The notes under the pieces were generated by a model. The model ran no database searches. It was not told where the DNA came from and worked only from the letters and a program-made list of their open reading frames with translations. DNA of 64,000 nt, taken from positions 16,589 to 80,588 of the forward strand of contig JBPCJZ010000084.1 in assembly GCA_051004775.1 (NCBI GenBank), read 5' to 3'. A program made the position numbers and the translations under genes. The stretch comes from Gemmatimonadota bacterium. Its GTDB lineage: Bacteria; Gemmatimonadota; Gemmatimonadetes; Palauibacterales; Palauibacteraceae. Shown here piece by piece: positions 17,478 to 27,627 of the stretch (position 1 is the first letter of the stretch; each line of letters begins with the position of its first letter).

Positions 17478-19687
17478 CTTGCCCGCCGGAGATACTGGAG
17501 CGAGCACCAACCAAGCGCCCGCCGGTCCGGATTCCAGATCATCAGAAGATTCCATCGTAGCCGTCGAAAGATCGGATCGAGGCCAGCAAGTCCCCGTCGG
17601 GTGGCGCCGTCTGCGAGCTGTCGCGCCAGATCAGGGCTCTGTCTCACCAACCCGGGGTCTTCCAGGGCCGAAAGGATGAGCAGATTCGATACCTCGGGCG
17701 GATAGCACCAGAGAGCTTCGGCGGCCTGTCGCCTGACCTCGGCGACGCTGTGCCTCAGAGCTGCCGCCGTGCGTTCGGCGCCTTCACGGGATCCGATCCG
17801 GGCAAGAGCCAGGAACGCCTCGCGAACCACGCGCAGGTCATCATGGTCCAGACACTCCGCGATGTCCTTTTCGTATCCCCGACCGCCATGTCCCATGAGC
17901 GTCAGGACATTCCGTACGACGTACCACTCCGAATTCGACAGATGGGGGGCGAGGTCCTTCACCAGCTCGCCCGCCCGCGGAGCGAGCGACGTGAGCAGCC
18001 GATTGCGGGCGCTGCGGTCCGATTCCACGAGAAGACTCTTGATGAGGGCTGTCACACCCGTCGCCTTCAATCCGCAGATGATCGTCACCAGCGGAAGTTC
18101 GCCCGAGGGCGCCGGTGCAAGCGCCGATACGCGGTGAATGAATTCAGGGGTCAGGTAGTCAGCCAGAGCCTCACGAATCAGAGCCGCAATCTCCGGGTCG
18201 GTCGTCTCCCGATGTCTCCCGATGTCCGCGTACCGCGCCATCCCCGCGGCTAAGCGCACGACGTCACCGCGATGTTCGAGGCTCTGGAAGAGCCCGCGGC
18301 TCTTCCTCAAGACGGAACCGGCGACCTGAGTGTCGGCGCTGAGCGCGAGGATGTCGGCAAAGCACTGCACCTGCGCAGCGACCCCGTCGGTCTCCTCGAT
18401 CGCGCGCACTGACTCGGCGAGTGAAAGGCTCGCCTCCTCGTCGATGGACAGGTCGAATGACCGAAGAGCGAGAAACTCTCGGCCAGATTCATTCGCGGCT
18501 CGCAGCAAATGCGCCGCCCTGTCGGTGCGCGGCAGCGAACGACCCATGGCCGCGGCGGATGCGGAGCCCTCGTCTTCGAGCCGATCGCTCACGCGTTCGA
18601 TGATCGTCGAGAGCCGGGACTCGGGAAGATCCAGCTTCGCGATGCCGGCCGATAGCATTTCCACCCCTCCGACCCCGAGGTCGAGCAGGAGCCAGAGAGC
18701 GCTGCTGACCTCCTCGTCCGCGAAATGGCGCAGGATCCGTCCGCTGCGGGTGCCGTCGATCAGGCCGGGAAGCACCTGTTCTCGCAGGAGCCTATGCTTC
18801 GTGTCGGCGGGAAGCCCCTGGACGAATCCAGCGAGCTTCTCGAACAGCGCCTCACCGACTTCCGGAGCGGCGGCCGCGTACAATTCGGTGATCTCGGAAT
18901 AGTGCGTGACGAGAGCGTCGGAGCTCGACACCGTCTCTCGCCGCCGCCCGCCGATCTGCTGCAGAGCTACGGCGAGGGAGGGGGCGTCCCGAAGCAGAAG
19001 GGGCAGATCTTCGATTGCCACACGATCGAGGGCGACCGACGAGTCGATTCGGATCCATCCCCGCTCGGCCTGTTCTCTCGACGGATTTACCCCGGCCTGA
19101 CCTTCCTGCACGAGCGTCAACAGGGCCGGAGGGACCGAACCGCCTTCGATCGTCTGGTGCATGGCGATCACCTGCGTTCGAATCCCTGAGACACCGCGTT
19201 CGTCCAGAATCTCGGGCAAGTCCTCCGTGCGATCGAGCAGTTTTTCCGGGAATGCCAGAACAGCGCAGAACTGCTGTATATCGCGCGTTGACGCGGCCGC
19301 GTCCACCTCGAGGACGGAGACGTAGTTTCTGCGGAGCGCGAGAACGAGGGCCCGCTCGGCTCCGGTATCTCCCGCCAGGAACTCGCCTTCTACCTTGAGG
19401 CCCTCGTTCGTGACGTTGAGCGCCAGACCCACACGACCCCGAAGGGCCGACCGCAAGGCTTCTCTGACAACCTCGACGATGTCCCGACGTATGGGGCTCT
19501 CCGGAGGATACGTGTGGAAGGCCTGCACCGCCCGGGAGAGAGCCGTCACGAATTCGCTGATGCTTCGCAATCGTGCCTGGGGGGCGATGTCTATGGCGTC
19601 AGCGGGTTCCGGGTCCACATACTGGGACAGGAACGTCGCGTGCCCCGTCTCGTCAGGCACGTCGCTTACGAAGTCCTCACTTTGCAA
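17474..19687 (-). CDS. Large alpha-helical protein with C-terminal HEAT repeats
   Basis: WYVVRNVLTLMG, RVVREAFLALARIG, EVRRQAAEAL HEAT units; start re-assigned to TTG 19687 (GGGAG RBS). Confidence 0.75.
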   Translation of the reverse strand: MQSEDFVSDVPDETGHATFLSQYVDPEPADAIDIAPQARLRSISEFVTALSRAVQAFHTYPPESPIRRDIVEVVREALRSALRGRVGLALNVTNEGLKVEGEFLAGDTGAERALVLALRRNYVSVLEVDAAASTRDIQQFCAVLAFPEKLLDRTEDLPEILDERGVSGIRTQVIAMHQTIEGGSVPPALLTLVQEGQAGVNPSREQAERGWIRIDSSVALDRVAIEDLPLLLRDAPSLAVALQQIGGRRRETVSSSDALVTHYSEITELYAAAAPEVGEALFEKLAGFVQGLPADTKHRLLREQVLPGLIDGTRSGRILRHFADEEVSSALWLLLDLGVGGVEMLSAGIAKLDLPESRLSTIIERVSDRLEDEGSASAAAMGRSLPRTDRAAHLLRAANESGREFLALRSFDLSIDEEASLSLAESVRAIEETDGVAAQVQCFADILALSADTQVAGSVLRKSRGLFQSLEHRGDVVRLAAGMARYADIGRHRETTDPEIAALIREALADYLTPEFIHRVSALAPAPSGELPLVTIICGLKATGVTALIKSLLVESDRSARNRLLTSLAPRAGELVKDLAPHLSNSEWYVVRNVLTLMGHGGRGYEKDIAECLDHDDLRVVREAFLALARIGSREGAERTAAALRHSVAEVRRQAAEALWCYPPEVSNLLILSALEDPGLVRQSPDLARQLADGATRRGLAGLDPIFRRLRWNLLMIWNPDRRALGWCSLQYLRRAS

Positions 19688-19832
19688 TTTGCATACTCCC
19701 GTGACGGAATACGACCTATCCGGGGTCCTCCGGCGCCGGTGGCCGCCCCGAAGCGAGGATCCCGGGTCGAGGAGAGCAGGTTGCATGCCCGCCAGAACCA
19801 TGTGACTGTTACCCGCGCAGGAGGGCCGCTGG

Positions 19833-20264
19833 GTGCTGAAGGAGTTCAAGGAATTCGCCGCCAGGGGCAACATGCTCGACATGGCCGTCGGCATCGTGAT
19901 CGGCGCGGCCTTTGCCACGATCGTGAAGACTTTCGTCGACCACATCCTGATGCCGCCCATCGGCCTGCTGGCCGGCGGCGTGGACTTCGCTGACCTCTAC
20001 GTGCTGCTCGAGCCGGGCGATCCCGCCGGGCCGTACGCCTCCTTCGCCGCGGCCCAGGAAGCGGGCGCCGTGACGATCGGGTACGGACAGTTCATCAACG
20101 ACGTGATCGCCTTCTTCATCGTCGCCTTCTGCGTGTTCCTCGTCGTCAGGGGATACAACGCGATGATGCGCAAGGAAGAGCCGGCCCCGGCGGCCCCGCC
20201 GGAGCCCTCGGCGGAAGAGAAGCTGCTCGGCGAGATCCGCGACCTGCTGGCGGCGAAAGCGTAG
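19833..20264 (+). CDS. mscL: Large-conductance mechanosensitive channel
   Basis: LKEFKEFAARGNMLDMAVGIVIGAAF, YGQFI, LLGEIRDLL. Confidence 0.96.
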   Translation: MLKEFKEFAARGNMLDMAVGIVIGAAFATIVKTFVDHILMPPIGLLAGGVDFADLYVLLEPGDPAGPYASFAAAQEAGAVTIGYGQFINDVIAFFIVAFCVFLVVRGYNAMMRKEEPAPAAPPEPSAEEKLLGEIRDLLAAKA

Positions 20265-20278
20265 CGGCCTCCGCCGGA

Positions 20279-22996
20279 TCAGCCGACGACGACCGTCGCG
20301 TCCAGCGTGCGGTCGACGCGGGCCCGCGTTTCCTCGAAGTGTGCCCGCGTGACGCGGTCCACTCCGGATCCTGCGAGGGCGCGACCGAGCCGGCGCGACA
20401 GCTCCGACAACTCGAGCCGGGCGAGGGCCGAAGCGTCACCCGGAGCGCTCTCAGACAACGTCAGGTCAGTGAGCCTGTCCGTATACAGACGCTGCAGGTT
20501 ACGACGTACGGGGCTGGCGCTGCGTGCGTTCCCGCCGGACCCGAGTTCCGTCCACACCGCGCCGGTCAGGCTGCGGAACATCTCGGTAACCGTGTAAGCT
20601 TCCTCACCACCTCGGGACAGCGCCTCCTGGTCGAGCATGCGTGCGAGCCGCGGGGGCGTCATCAGGTTCGACAGCAGGGCGCCGTGGATCGCCTGCATGT
20701 TGGCGAGGACCGGGAAGCGCAGGATCGTCGACGGGGACTGGCCCCAGTGATTCCACCGGTTGGGCAGCAGCCGGTTGAGCAGTTCTTCGTCGAACTCGAA
20801 GGCGTCCTCGGCCAGCATCGACTCGATGATCAACTCGACGGCCGCGCGCTGCTGCTCCGGCGAGACGGGCGTGAACGCCGGTCGCTGGTCCGGATCGCCA
20901 CGATGATCGCGTACGACGTAGGCGCCCCCGACGTACTTCACGACGGGAATCGTCGCGTTCAGCCGTTCGAACATCAGGCTATTGACGGCGTTGCGCAGTC
21001 GCTGGTAGCCCTCGCCCTCCCGCAGGATTCGTGTCTCGACCGTCGGCATGATCTTCTCGACGACCTCCGCCCGGCTCCGCGCGTAGGCGATATGGTCGGA
21101 GCCCAGCTCCCAGGCGCTGCTCAGCGGGTCGACCGCGAACGCGCCGAGCCAGTTGTCCTCGTCGGTGCCGTAGGGGTGCATCGGATCGGCGGACTGCGAC
21201 GCGATCTTCTGGAGGCCGTTCATCTCGGCCGCGGAGTTCTTCGCCGGCGTGCCGCTCTCGACGAGCGGTCCGTCTGCCGACTGCTCGTAGATCGTCGCGT
21301 AGGCATACTGGATCGCCCACCGGTCGTAGGACCCGGCGACGACGTTCCAGTAGTGCCCCTGCTGCTCGGGGTCGGGCGAGATGTTGACCGGCGTATAGTC
21401 CATGACGGACAGGCTCACCCCGTTGCGGCCGGTGAACGACTTGTCGTGCAGCTTCTCGACCGGGACGCCGGCCGAGCTCTTGAAGTTGTGCCGCAGCCCG
21501 AGCACGTGCCCGACCTCGTGGAGCGTCAGGTCGACGATCGCGTCGCCGATGTACTCCTCCGGCACGTCGTGATCCGGGTCGAGCGTCCCGAGTCCGAGCA
21601 TGGCGGCGTGCTGGAAGCCGAGTTGATGCGCCATGCCCACCTCGGCGAAGCACATCTGCGCCACCTGCCACGGATCCAGCGCGAGCGCCTGGCTGTCGAG
21701 CTGGCCGCGCATCGCGATCATCGCCTCGAGATCGCTCTGCGGCTCGGCGGCCGCACCCGGGTTGGCGAGTCGCTGGTAGTTCCAGATCCATCCCTGCATG
21801 AACCCGGAAGAAATCAGCACGTCGCCGTTGAGCTGCTCGCCGGTGCGCGGGTCCGACTGCGAGGGTCCGATGGCGTAGCCCATCTGGTGCGCGGCCGTCC
21901 AGCGGACGGCGGAGTAGCGGATGTCCTCGGCGTCCCAGGTCGAGTCTTCGGCGGCCGTCGGGGCGTCCTTCGCGACGATGCCGTTGATGAAGCCCGCCTG
22001 CTCGAACGCGCCGTTCCACGCCTCGATGCCGGCGCGCACGTATGGCCGGTACGCTTCGGGCACGCTCCGGTCGATGTAGAACACGATCGGTTTGACCGGC
22101 TCGGACATCGCGGCGGTCGGATCCTTCTTCTCGAGGCGCCAGCGTCGCACGATCTGCACGTAGAGGTCGGGTTCCTGGTCGCGGGAGAAGTCCTTCATGG
22201 CGTCGAGGAAATGTCCCACCCGGTCGTCGGCGAGCCGGATGCGCATGGGTTCGTCCGGCAGGGCGTAAATCGAGTAGCGCACACCGATCGGAACCGAGCG
22301 GTCGTCGGGGATCCCTTCGCCGCCGAACGTGGCGTTCTCGCTCTGAGTGTACGTGAGGAGCGCGTCGATTTCGACGTTCTCCGGGAATCCCTTGATTCCG
22401 TCAACGTAGCTGCGGTCGGCGTCGAGGCTCGCCGGTTTGTCGTCGTAGTATGGCCTCAGATTCTGGCTGAATCCGGAGTAGTCGGACACCAGGAATTTCG
22501 TGATGTCCACGACCACGTGCTTCGTCGAGTCGTGCTGGCTCTTCACGTCCCACGCGGCGACGACGGAGTGGGCCACGTTGCCGTCGACCGACACCCGCAT
22601 CGGGCTGCCTTCGTTGGCCGTGAACCTCGTATTGCGATGCTCGAGCACGATCTTGTCGCCGACACGCCGCAGCCGCATGAGCTGCGCGCCGGAGAGCGGC
22701 AACCCCTGGTGGATGTTGAACACGCCGGTGCCGCGGCTGATGTGCATCGTCATCCCGAAGTCGGTGTCGAGCATCGACTCGGGCACCTCGAGGAAGATCG
22801 TGTTGTCGCGCTTACGATGGAGGGTCAGGAAGCCCTCGATCGCTTCGGTGTCCTTCAGCAGCTCGTCCCACGGCTCGAACGGGCTTTCTTCGTCGTCACC
22901 GGCCCCGGGATTCGTCTCCGGTCCCTGCTTTCCGCAGGCGGCCACAGCCAGCAGGCCGACCATCAGGGCCGTGAGTCCCGACCGCTGAATTCGCAT
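20279..22996 (-). CDS. Zinc-dependent metzincin lipoprotein (DUF5117/DUF4953, EcxA-like)
   Basis: Lipobox VAAC; RLADDRVGHF, RWRLE, DIRYS; HEVGHVLGLRHNF zinc motif and SVMDY Met-turn; start ATG 22996 with GGGGAG RBS. Confidence 0.88.
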   Translation of the reverse strand: MRIQRSGLTALMVGLLAVAACGKQGPETNPGAGDDEESPFEPWDELLKDTEAIEGFLTLHRKRDNTIFLEVPESMLDTDFGMTMHISRGTGVFNIHQGLPLSGAQLMRLRRVGDKIVLEHRNTRFTANEGSPMRVSVDGNVAHSVVAAWDVKSQHDSTKHVVVDITKFLVSDYSGFSQNLRPYYDDKPASLDADRSYVDGIKGFPENVEIDALLTYTQSENATFGGEGIPDDRSVPIGVRYSIYALPDEPMRIRLADDRVGHFLDAMKDFSRDQEPDLYVQIVRRWRLEKKDPTAAMSEPVKPIVFYIDRSVPEAYRPYVRAGIEAWNGAFEQAGFINGIVAKDAPTAAEDSTWDAEDIRYSAVRWTAAHQMGYAIGPSQSDPRTGEQLNGDVLISSGFMQGWIWNYQRLANPGAAAEPQSDLEAMIAMRGQLDSQALALDPWQVAQMCFAEVGMAHQLGFQHAAMLGLGTLDPDHDVPEEYIGDAIVDLTLHEVGHVLGLRHNFKSSAGVPVEKLHDKSFTGRNGVSLSVMDYTPVNISPDPEQQGHYWNVVAGSYDRWAIQYAYATIYEQSADGPLVESGTPAKNSAAEMNGLQKIASQSADPMHPYGTDEDNWLGAFAVDPLSSAWELGSDHIAYARSRAEVVEKIMPTVETRILREGEGYQRLRNAVNSLMFERLNATIPVVKYVGGAYVVRDHRGDPDQRPAFTPVSPEQQRAAVELIIESMLAEDAFEFDEELLNRLLPNRWNHWGQSPSTILRFPVLANMQAIHGALLSNLMTPPRLARMLDQEALSRGGEEAYTVTEMFRSLTGAVWTELGSGGNARSASPVRRNLQRLYTDRLTDLTLSESAPGDASALARLELSELSRRLGRALAGSGVDRVTRAHFEETRARVDRTLDATVVVG

Positions 22997-23252
22997 CGTT
23001 CTCCCCGCGTGAGCTGGATGAAGGTCCCTGGCGCCGGAATGGTAGACGCGGCGCAGGACGCGAGCAACTTCCCCGGGGTAGTTGTCGGGGCGGCGTTCCA
23101 CAACGCGGAGAGCCGGCTCCGGACTTGCCTCGGCGCGGTCCCGGCGGCCACTTTCGGGCTCTGCGAAGGATCGGCCGGCGTGTCTCGGAGGGGTGCATGA
23201 AGAAGATCGTCCACGAGCTGCACCGCCGCACGCTCGAATCGAGGGCCCCGCA

Positions 23253-23933
23253 ATGAACGTCTGTCTCCTGGCCTTTGCCGCGATCGCCGCGGCGCCCCTT
23301 TTTCCCGGACATGCGCCGGGCCAGACCGCGGCGCTCGCGGTGCCCGTCGACACCGCCGGGCTGGCGAGCGGGCCGTACGCCGAGGCGTCCATGCTTCTCG
23401 AGAAGACGCTGTTCAAGGTTGACGTGCTGGGGCTCGAACTCCACTTCGATCCCGATTCACGCGACCGGATCCGTTCGGCGGCGGGAGATCCTCGGGAGAA
23501 GGGAAGCGACGAGCGGGATCAGGCCCTGGCGGACGCCGCCGCGCACGCGTCCGGCGCCTGGGCGCGCATCCGCTTTCACCGCGACATCAAGCTCGGGCAG
23601 TTCGTCGACGCCGCGCGGGAGAGCCTCGCCGAGGCGCGGAAGGCGGGCTACATCGACGCGGCCGCAGAGAACGAGATCGGCGGGAACCTGCCCCGGTGGT
23701 ACGCCTTTCTCGCCGTGCGGAAGATCCGCAAGGGCGACGAGATGCACTACCGGATCCGGGGCGACACGCTCCGCACCGTGTACGTCGGCCGTGACGGCGA
23801 CGTGCTGCTGGACCAGGTCGACGTGGGACCCGAGCGCGTCGCTTCGGTCCTCGGCGGCTACTTCGCGCGCGGCTCCGACTTTCGAAAGCCGCTCCTCCGA
23901 TCGCTCGCGGCGAACGGAGGCACCGGCAACTAG
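23253..23933 (+). CDS. Secreted protein, chalcone-isomerase-like fold (tentative)
   Basis: Signal peptide; ARIRFHRDIKLGQF...KGDEMHY...VLGGYF...PLLRSL resembles the Chalcone_3 pattern; family call is from memory only. Confidence 0.6.
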   Translation: MNVCLLAFAAIAAAPLFPGHAPGQTAALAVPVDTAGLASGPYAEASMLLEKTLFKVDVLGLELHFDPDSRDRIRSAAGDPREKGSDERDQALADAAAHASGAWARIRFHRDIKLGQFVDAARESLAEARKAGYIDAAAENEIGGNLPRWYAFLAVRKIRKGDEMHYRIRGDTLRTVYVGRDGDVLLDQVDVGPERVASVLGGYFARGSDFRKPLLRSLAANGGTGN

Positions 23934-23940
23934 AGCACGG

Positions 23941-23980
23941 CGGGCGCGGCGATCACGCGCCGGGCGAGGCGATCACGCGC
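23941..23980. repeat. 20-bp tandem duplication CGGGCG(C/A)GGCGATCACGCGC x2
   Basis: Read directly from the sequence; one mismatch; convergent intergenic gap. Confidence 0.8.
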
Positions 23981-23984
23981 CCGT

Positions 23985-25370
23985 CTACCAACGCGACCCG
24001 TACAGCGACGGAATCCGGAACGCCCGGAAGATGTAGGTCCCCTCGAGGCCGGTGAGTTCGAGGGTCGCCACGCCATTCGCATCGACTTCGTCTACCCGGC
24101 CCGCCGTACCGAACGACACGAGGCCACCGCCACCGGGCAGCACTTCTGTGCTCCCCCCGATCGGCGAAAAGGCGTTCATCGCGTCGGCGAAGTCCCACAC
24201 CAGGTCGGCGGTCATCGCGGTCTCGTCGATCTCGTAGCGGACGAGACGGCTCGGCGACATGGTCCCGTTGTCGAGGAACTGGATCAGCCCGGGCTCCACT
24301 ACGCGCAGTCCATGCTGGCGTTCGAACGCCCGTACCGGGTCGGTGATCGTGAACTGGTTGGCCAGGCCGCCGAGCCGCCAGGTCACCGATCCGTCCTGCC
24401 CGTCGATCTTCGTGATCTCGTTCAGTGACCGCCACGAAAGAATCAGGTCGCCGTCCGCTTCGATCGCGATCCCGTTGCCGTGAACGATGTTGACGCTCTC
24501 CGCCCCGGTGAACACATCCGGGTCGATGTCGTCGAGGCTGAAGTGCTCGCGCGTGTTGAACTGGAAGGCCACCTGGCCGGCCGGCGTCACCCGCTGGAGC
24601 GAGTTCCACTCGACGACGCCGGTGGCCGAGCCGCCGCGCGCCGACAGGTCGGTCGGCTGAGGATCGTTGCACAGCACGAACGCGTCGCCGTCCGCGAGGA
24701 TCCGCACGTCGTGGAACCGCGTCTCGAGCCCGACGCAACCCACCGTCCGCACCTCTTCGCCACGTTCGTTGAATACCCGATAAAATCGATCGGCGTCGTT
24801 GCGCCCGAACACCGTATACTCGCCCGACGGATGGGCCTGAAAGTTGACCAGGTTGGAGTCTGGGCGCGCCAGGTACCAGCGAATCCGGCCCGCGTTGTCG
24901 ATGATAACTGGCCCTTCGGGGTGGGCGAGCCCGATGAAACCGTCCTCGGCGCCGGTCCCGACCGGGACGACCTCGGGAAGCCAGGCGGGAAGGGAATCGG
25001 TTACGAGCGTGATCGTCTCGACCGTGTCGGCGTCCGCGCCGGCAAACAGGATGACGTCGATTTCATAGCTGCGCCCCGCGAGCATCCCGAGCGCGGAACC
25101 GACGGCTGTCCCCCCGGCGAACGGATAGGCGGCCGAGCGCTCGGGCGCCTCCCCCGCGGTGCGGAGCGCGAAAGCGACCGAATCGTAACCCGTGGCATCC
25201 ACGTCGATCCGTGCGCTGTTGACGTTCGCCGCGGCCGGCGTCACAATCGCCGACTCGAAGATGGGATCCAGCGGGGGATCGACGGTGGAGTCCGAACAGG
25301 CGATGAGGAAAGCGGCTCCGGCGAGGGCGATCCAGCCCCCACGATCGTTCGTCAGTTGCAGCTTCCGCAT
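23985..25370 (-). CDS. Arylsulfotransferase (ASST)-like beta-propeller lipoprotein
   Basis: Lipobox LIAC; HDVRI, VHGNGI, LILSWRSLNEITKID, WRLGG, RQHG, FLDNG motifs. Confidence 0.8.
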   Translation of the reverse strand: MRKLQLTNDRGGWIALAGAAFLIACSDSTVDPPLDPIFESAIVTPAAANVNSARIDVDATGYDSVAFALRTAGEAPERSAAYPFAGGTAVGSALGMLAGRSYEIDVILFAGADADTVETITLVTDSLPAWLPEVVPVGTGAEDGFIGLAHPEGPVIIDNAGRIRWYLARPDSNLVNFQAHPSGEYTVFGRNDADRFYRVFNERGEEVRTVGCVGLETRFHDVRILADGDAFVLCNDPQPTDLSARGGSATGVVEWNSLQRVTPAGQVAFQFNTREHFSLDDIDPDVFTGAESVNIVHGNGIAIEADGDLILSWRSLNEITKIDGQDGSVTWRLGGLANQFTITDPVRAFERQHGLRVVEPGLIQFLDNGTMSPSRLVRYEIDETAMTADLVWDFADAMNAFSPIGGSTEVLPGGGGLVSFGTAGRVDEVDANGVATLELTGLEGTYIFRAFRIPSLYGSRW

Positions 25371-25534
25371 ACGCTCCTGTCCGGTACCGGTGACTCTGCT
25401 CTCTTCCCGCTGCGAAACTATGCGATCGGGTTGCGTCGCGCCCGCTTCGAATTGCCGTTCCGCACACCCGGGCGGTCGCGGTTATATTGCGTCCGATCGT
25501 CGCAGGCCTTCAAGCCGCTCAACGGAGAACGAGA

Positions 25535-26428
25535 ATGCGCTGGAGACAGGGACGCAAGAGCACGAACGTCGAGGACCGCAGGGGCCAGCGCCTGACCGGA
25601 AGCGGATTGAAGATCGGCGGCGGCATGGGTCTCCTGGTCCTCGTGGTCGTCGTGCTCATGGGCGGTGATCCGATGCAGCTTCTGTCGGCGATCCTCGGCG
25701 GGGGCGGCGCGGGTCAGGCTCCGGCGCCCGCGCCAGCTCCCTCGGCAGCGCCTTCCGGACGCCCGGGCGCCGACGACGAGCTCGGTGAGTTCACGACCCG
25801 CGTGCTCGGCATGACCGAAGACGCCTGGACGGAGATCTTCGCGGCCTCGGGCCAGCGGTATCGGCCGCCCGTCCTCGTGATGTTCACCGACGCGACGCAG
25901 TCGGCCTGCGGCTACGGCTCATCGGCGACCGGACCGTTCTACTGCCCCTCTGACCAGAAGGTCTACATCGACCTCGGGTTCTTCGGCGACCTCGCCCGGA
26001 TGGCCGGGGTCGGCTCGGAGGACTTCGATTTCGCCGGCGCGTACGTGATCGCCCACGAAGTCGGGCACCACGTGCAGAACCTTCTCGGCACCTCTGACGC
26101 CGTGCGCCAGGCGCAGACACGCTCGCCCGGCGACGCGAACCGGCTCTCCGTCCTGCTCGAACTGCAGGCGGACTGCTTCGCGGGCGTGTGGGCGAACCGC
26201 ACGAACGCCCGTGGCGGCGGCCAGGTGCTCGAGCCGGGCGACGTAGAGGAAGGCCTCCGCACCGCCGCCGCGATCGGCGACGATCGAATGCTGAAGAACG
26301 CGGGGCGGTCCGCGTCGCCCGAATCCTTCACCCACGGCTCATCGGAGCAGAGGCAGCAGTGGCTGCGGCGCGGGCTCGACAGCGGCGATCCCGACACGTG
26401 CGACACGTTCGCCCAGGCCGGCTATTAG
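25535..26428 (+). CDS. ypfJ: Neutral zinc metallopeptidase (YpfJ family)
   Basis: MRWRQGRKSTNVEDRRG start, GPFYCPSD, AHEVGHHVQ, ELQADCFAG, FTHGSSEQR. Confidence 0.93.
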   Translation: MRWRQGRKSTNVEDRRGQRLTGSGLKIGGGMGLLVLVVVVLMGGDPMQLLSAILGGGGAGQAPAPAPAPSAAPSGRPGADDELGEFTTRVLGMTEDAWTEIFAASGQRYRPPVLVMFTDATQSACGYGSSATGPFYCPSDQKVYIDLGFFGDLARMAGVGSEDFDFAGAYVIAHEVGHHVQNLLGTSDAVRQAQTRSPGDANRLSVLLELQADCFAGVWANRTNARGGGQVLEPGDVEEGLRTAAAIGDDRMLKNAGRSASPESFTHGSSEQRQQWLRRGLDSGDPDTCDTFAQAGY

Positions 26429-26463
26429 CGGCCGGTGACCTGCTACTAGCCGCCTCGAACCCC

Positions 26464-27627
26464 GTGCCGACCGACCGCATCAGCAAGGCGCAGCGTTGGC
26501 TCGACCTGATCGCCTACCTGCTCGGGCGGCGGCGTCCGGTTACCGTCGAGCAGATCTTCTCGGCTGTTCCCGCCTATCGCGAGGCCGCGGGTCCGGAAGG
26601 CGATCCGCTCCCCGCGTCGGTGCGCCGGATGTTCGAGCGTGACAAGGACGAGCTGCGGACCCTCGGCGTTCCGATCGAGACCGAACGCTTCACGATCAAC
26701 TACGGCACGGAGTTCGTCGACGGCTACGTGCTGCGTCCCGACGCGTTTTATCTGCCGTATCTGAAGCTGGTCGACGAAGCCGTCGTACCCGCCTCCCCGG
26801 AGACGTACGCCCGCGCGGCCGCCGCCGGGCATGCGGCGGGCCGCGACGCGTCCGGCGCGCCGAGCGCTCAGGAGTTCACTGCGGGGGAAGTCCAGCTTCT
26901 GCTCGGCGCCCTCCAGGAAGCCGCCGGCCTGCCGGATTCCCCGTTCACGGACGCGTCGAGTTCCGCCGCCCGCAAGCTGTCCTTCGACCTCGGCCCGGCC
27001 GATCGAACGGGCCCCGTTCGCGCGGAGGAGCCGGGCGGGTCGGAGCAGGCGGCGATGATCCGGCAGTTGAGCGAGGCCCTGCTCCGCCGCAAGCGAGTCG
27101 ACTTCCGGTACCACGGCATCCGCCGGGGCGAACCGACGGACCGGTCCGTGGCCCCGTACGGGCTCTTCATGGAACGGGGAGCCTGGTATCTCGTCGGGTT
27201 CGATGAACTGCGCGATGGGATTCGCGTGTTCCATGCGGGCCGGATGGAGGCGCCGCGCACAAACAGCCGCGCGCCCGCGACCGCCGACTACGCAATCCCC
27301 GACGACTTCGACCTCAGTTCCCATCGCGACCGGGAGGCGTGGCAGTTCGGCGAGGAAGACGAACCGGTGACGGCACGAGTGCGCTTCCAGGCTCCCCATG
27401 ACCGGTGGGCCGCGCGGAACGGCTACGGTGAGCCCGAAGAGACGGCCGGCCCCGCCGCGGGCCAGGCGGGCGGACACGCCTCGATTCGCCGCTTCACGGT
27501 GCGCGATCCGGGGCCCTTCTGCGATTGGATCCTTGGATTGCGGGGGGCGGCGGATATTCTCGAACCGCCCGAGCTGCGCGCGGAAGTCGGACGCCGCGCG
27601 CGGGCGATCGCGGAAGGTCATCGCTGA
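26464..27627 (+). CDS. WYL-domain transcriptional regulator, PafB-like
   Basis: N-terminal HTH SKAQRWLDLIAYLL...RRMFERDKDELRTLGVPI; WYL core VAPYGL...GAWYLVGFD...RVFHAGRM; WCX tail; GTG start 26464 estimated. Confidence 0.9.
   Translation: MPTDRISKAQRWLDLIAYLLGRRRPVTVEQIFSAVPAYREAAGPEGDPLPASVRRMFERDKDELRTLGVPIETERFTINYGTEFVDGYVLRPDAFYLPYLKLVDEAVVPASPETYARAAAAGHAAGRDASGAPSAQEFTAGEVQLLLGALQEAAGLPDSPFTDASSSAARKLSFDLGPADRTGPVRAEEPGGSEQAAMIRQLSEALLRRKRVDFRYHGIRRGEPTDRSVAPYGLFMERGAWYLVGFDELRDGIRVFHAGRMEAPRTNSRAPATADYAIPDDFDLSSHRDREAWQFGEEDEPVTARVRFQAPHDRWAARNGYGEPEETAGPAAGQAGGHASIRRFTVRDPGPFCDWILGLRGAADILEPPELRAEVGRRARAIAEGHR

Noticed and set aside
17474-19960. ORF-track start at 19960 for the HEAT protein (and similarly long starts for mscS, tmk, dprA, addA, pafB-like)
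   Set aside because: These extensions overlap neighbouring genes and read as non-coding; downstream starts with an RBS or stop/start coupling fit better
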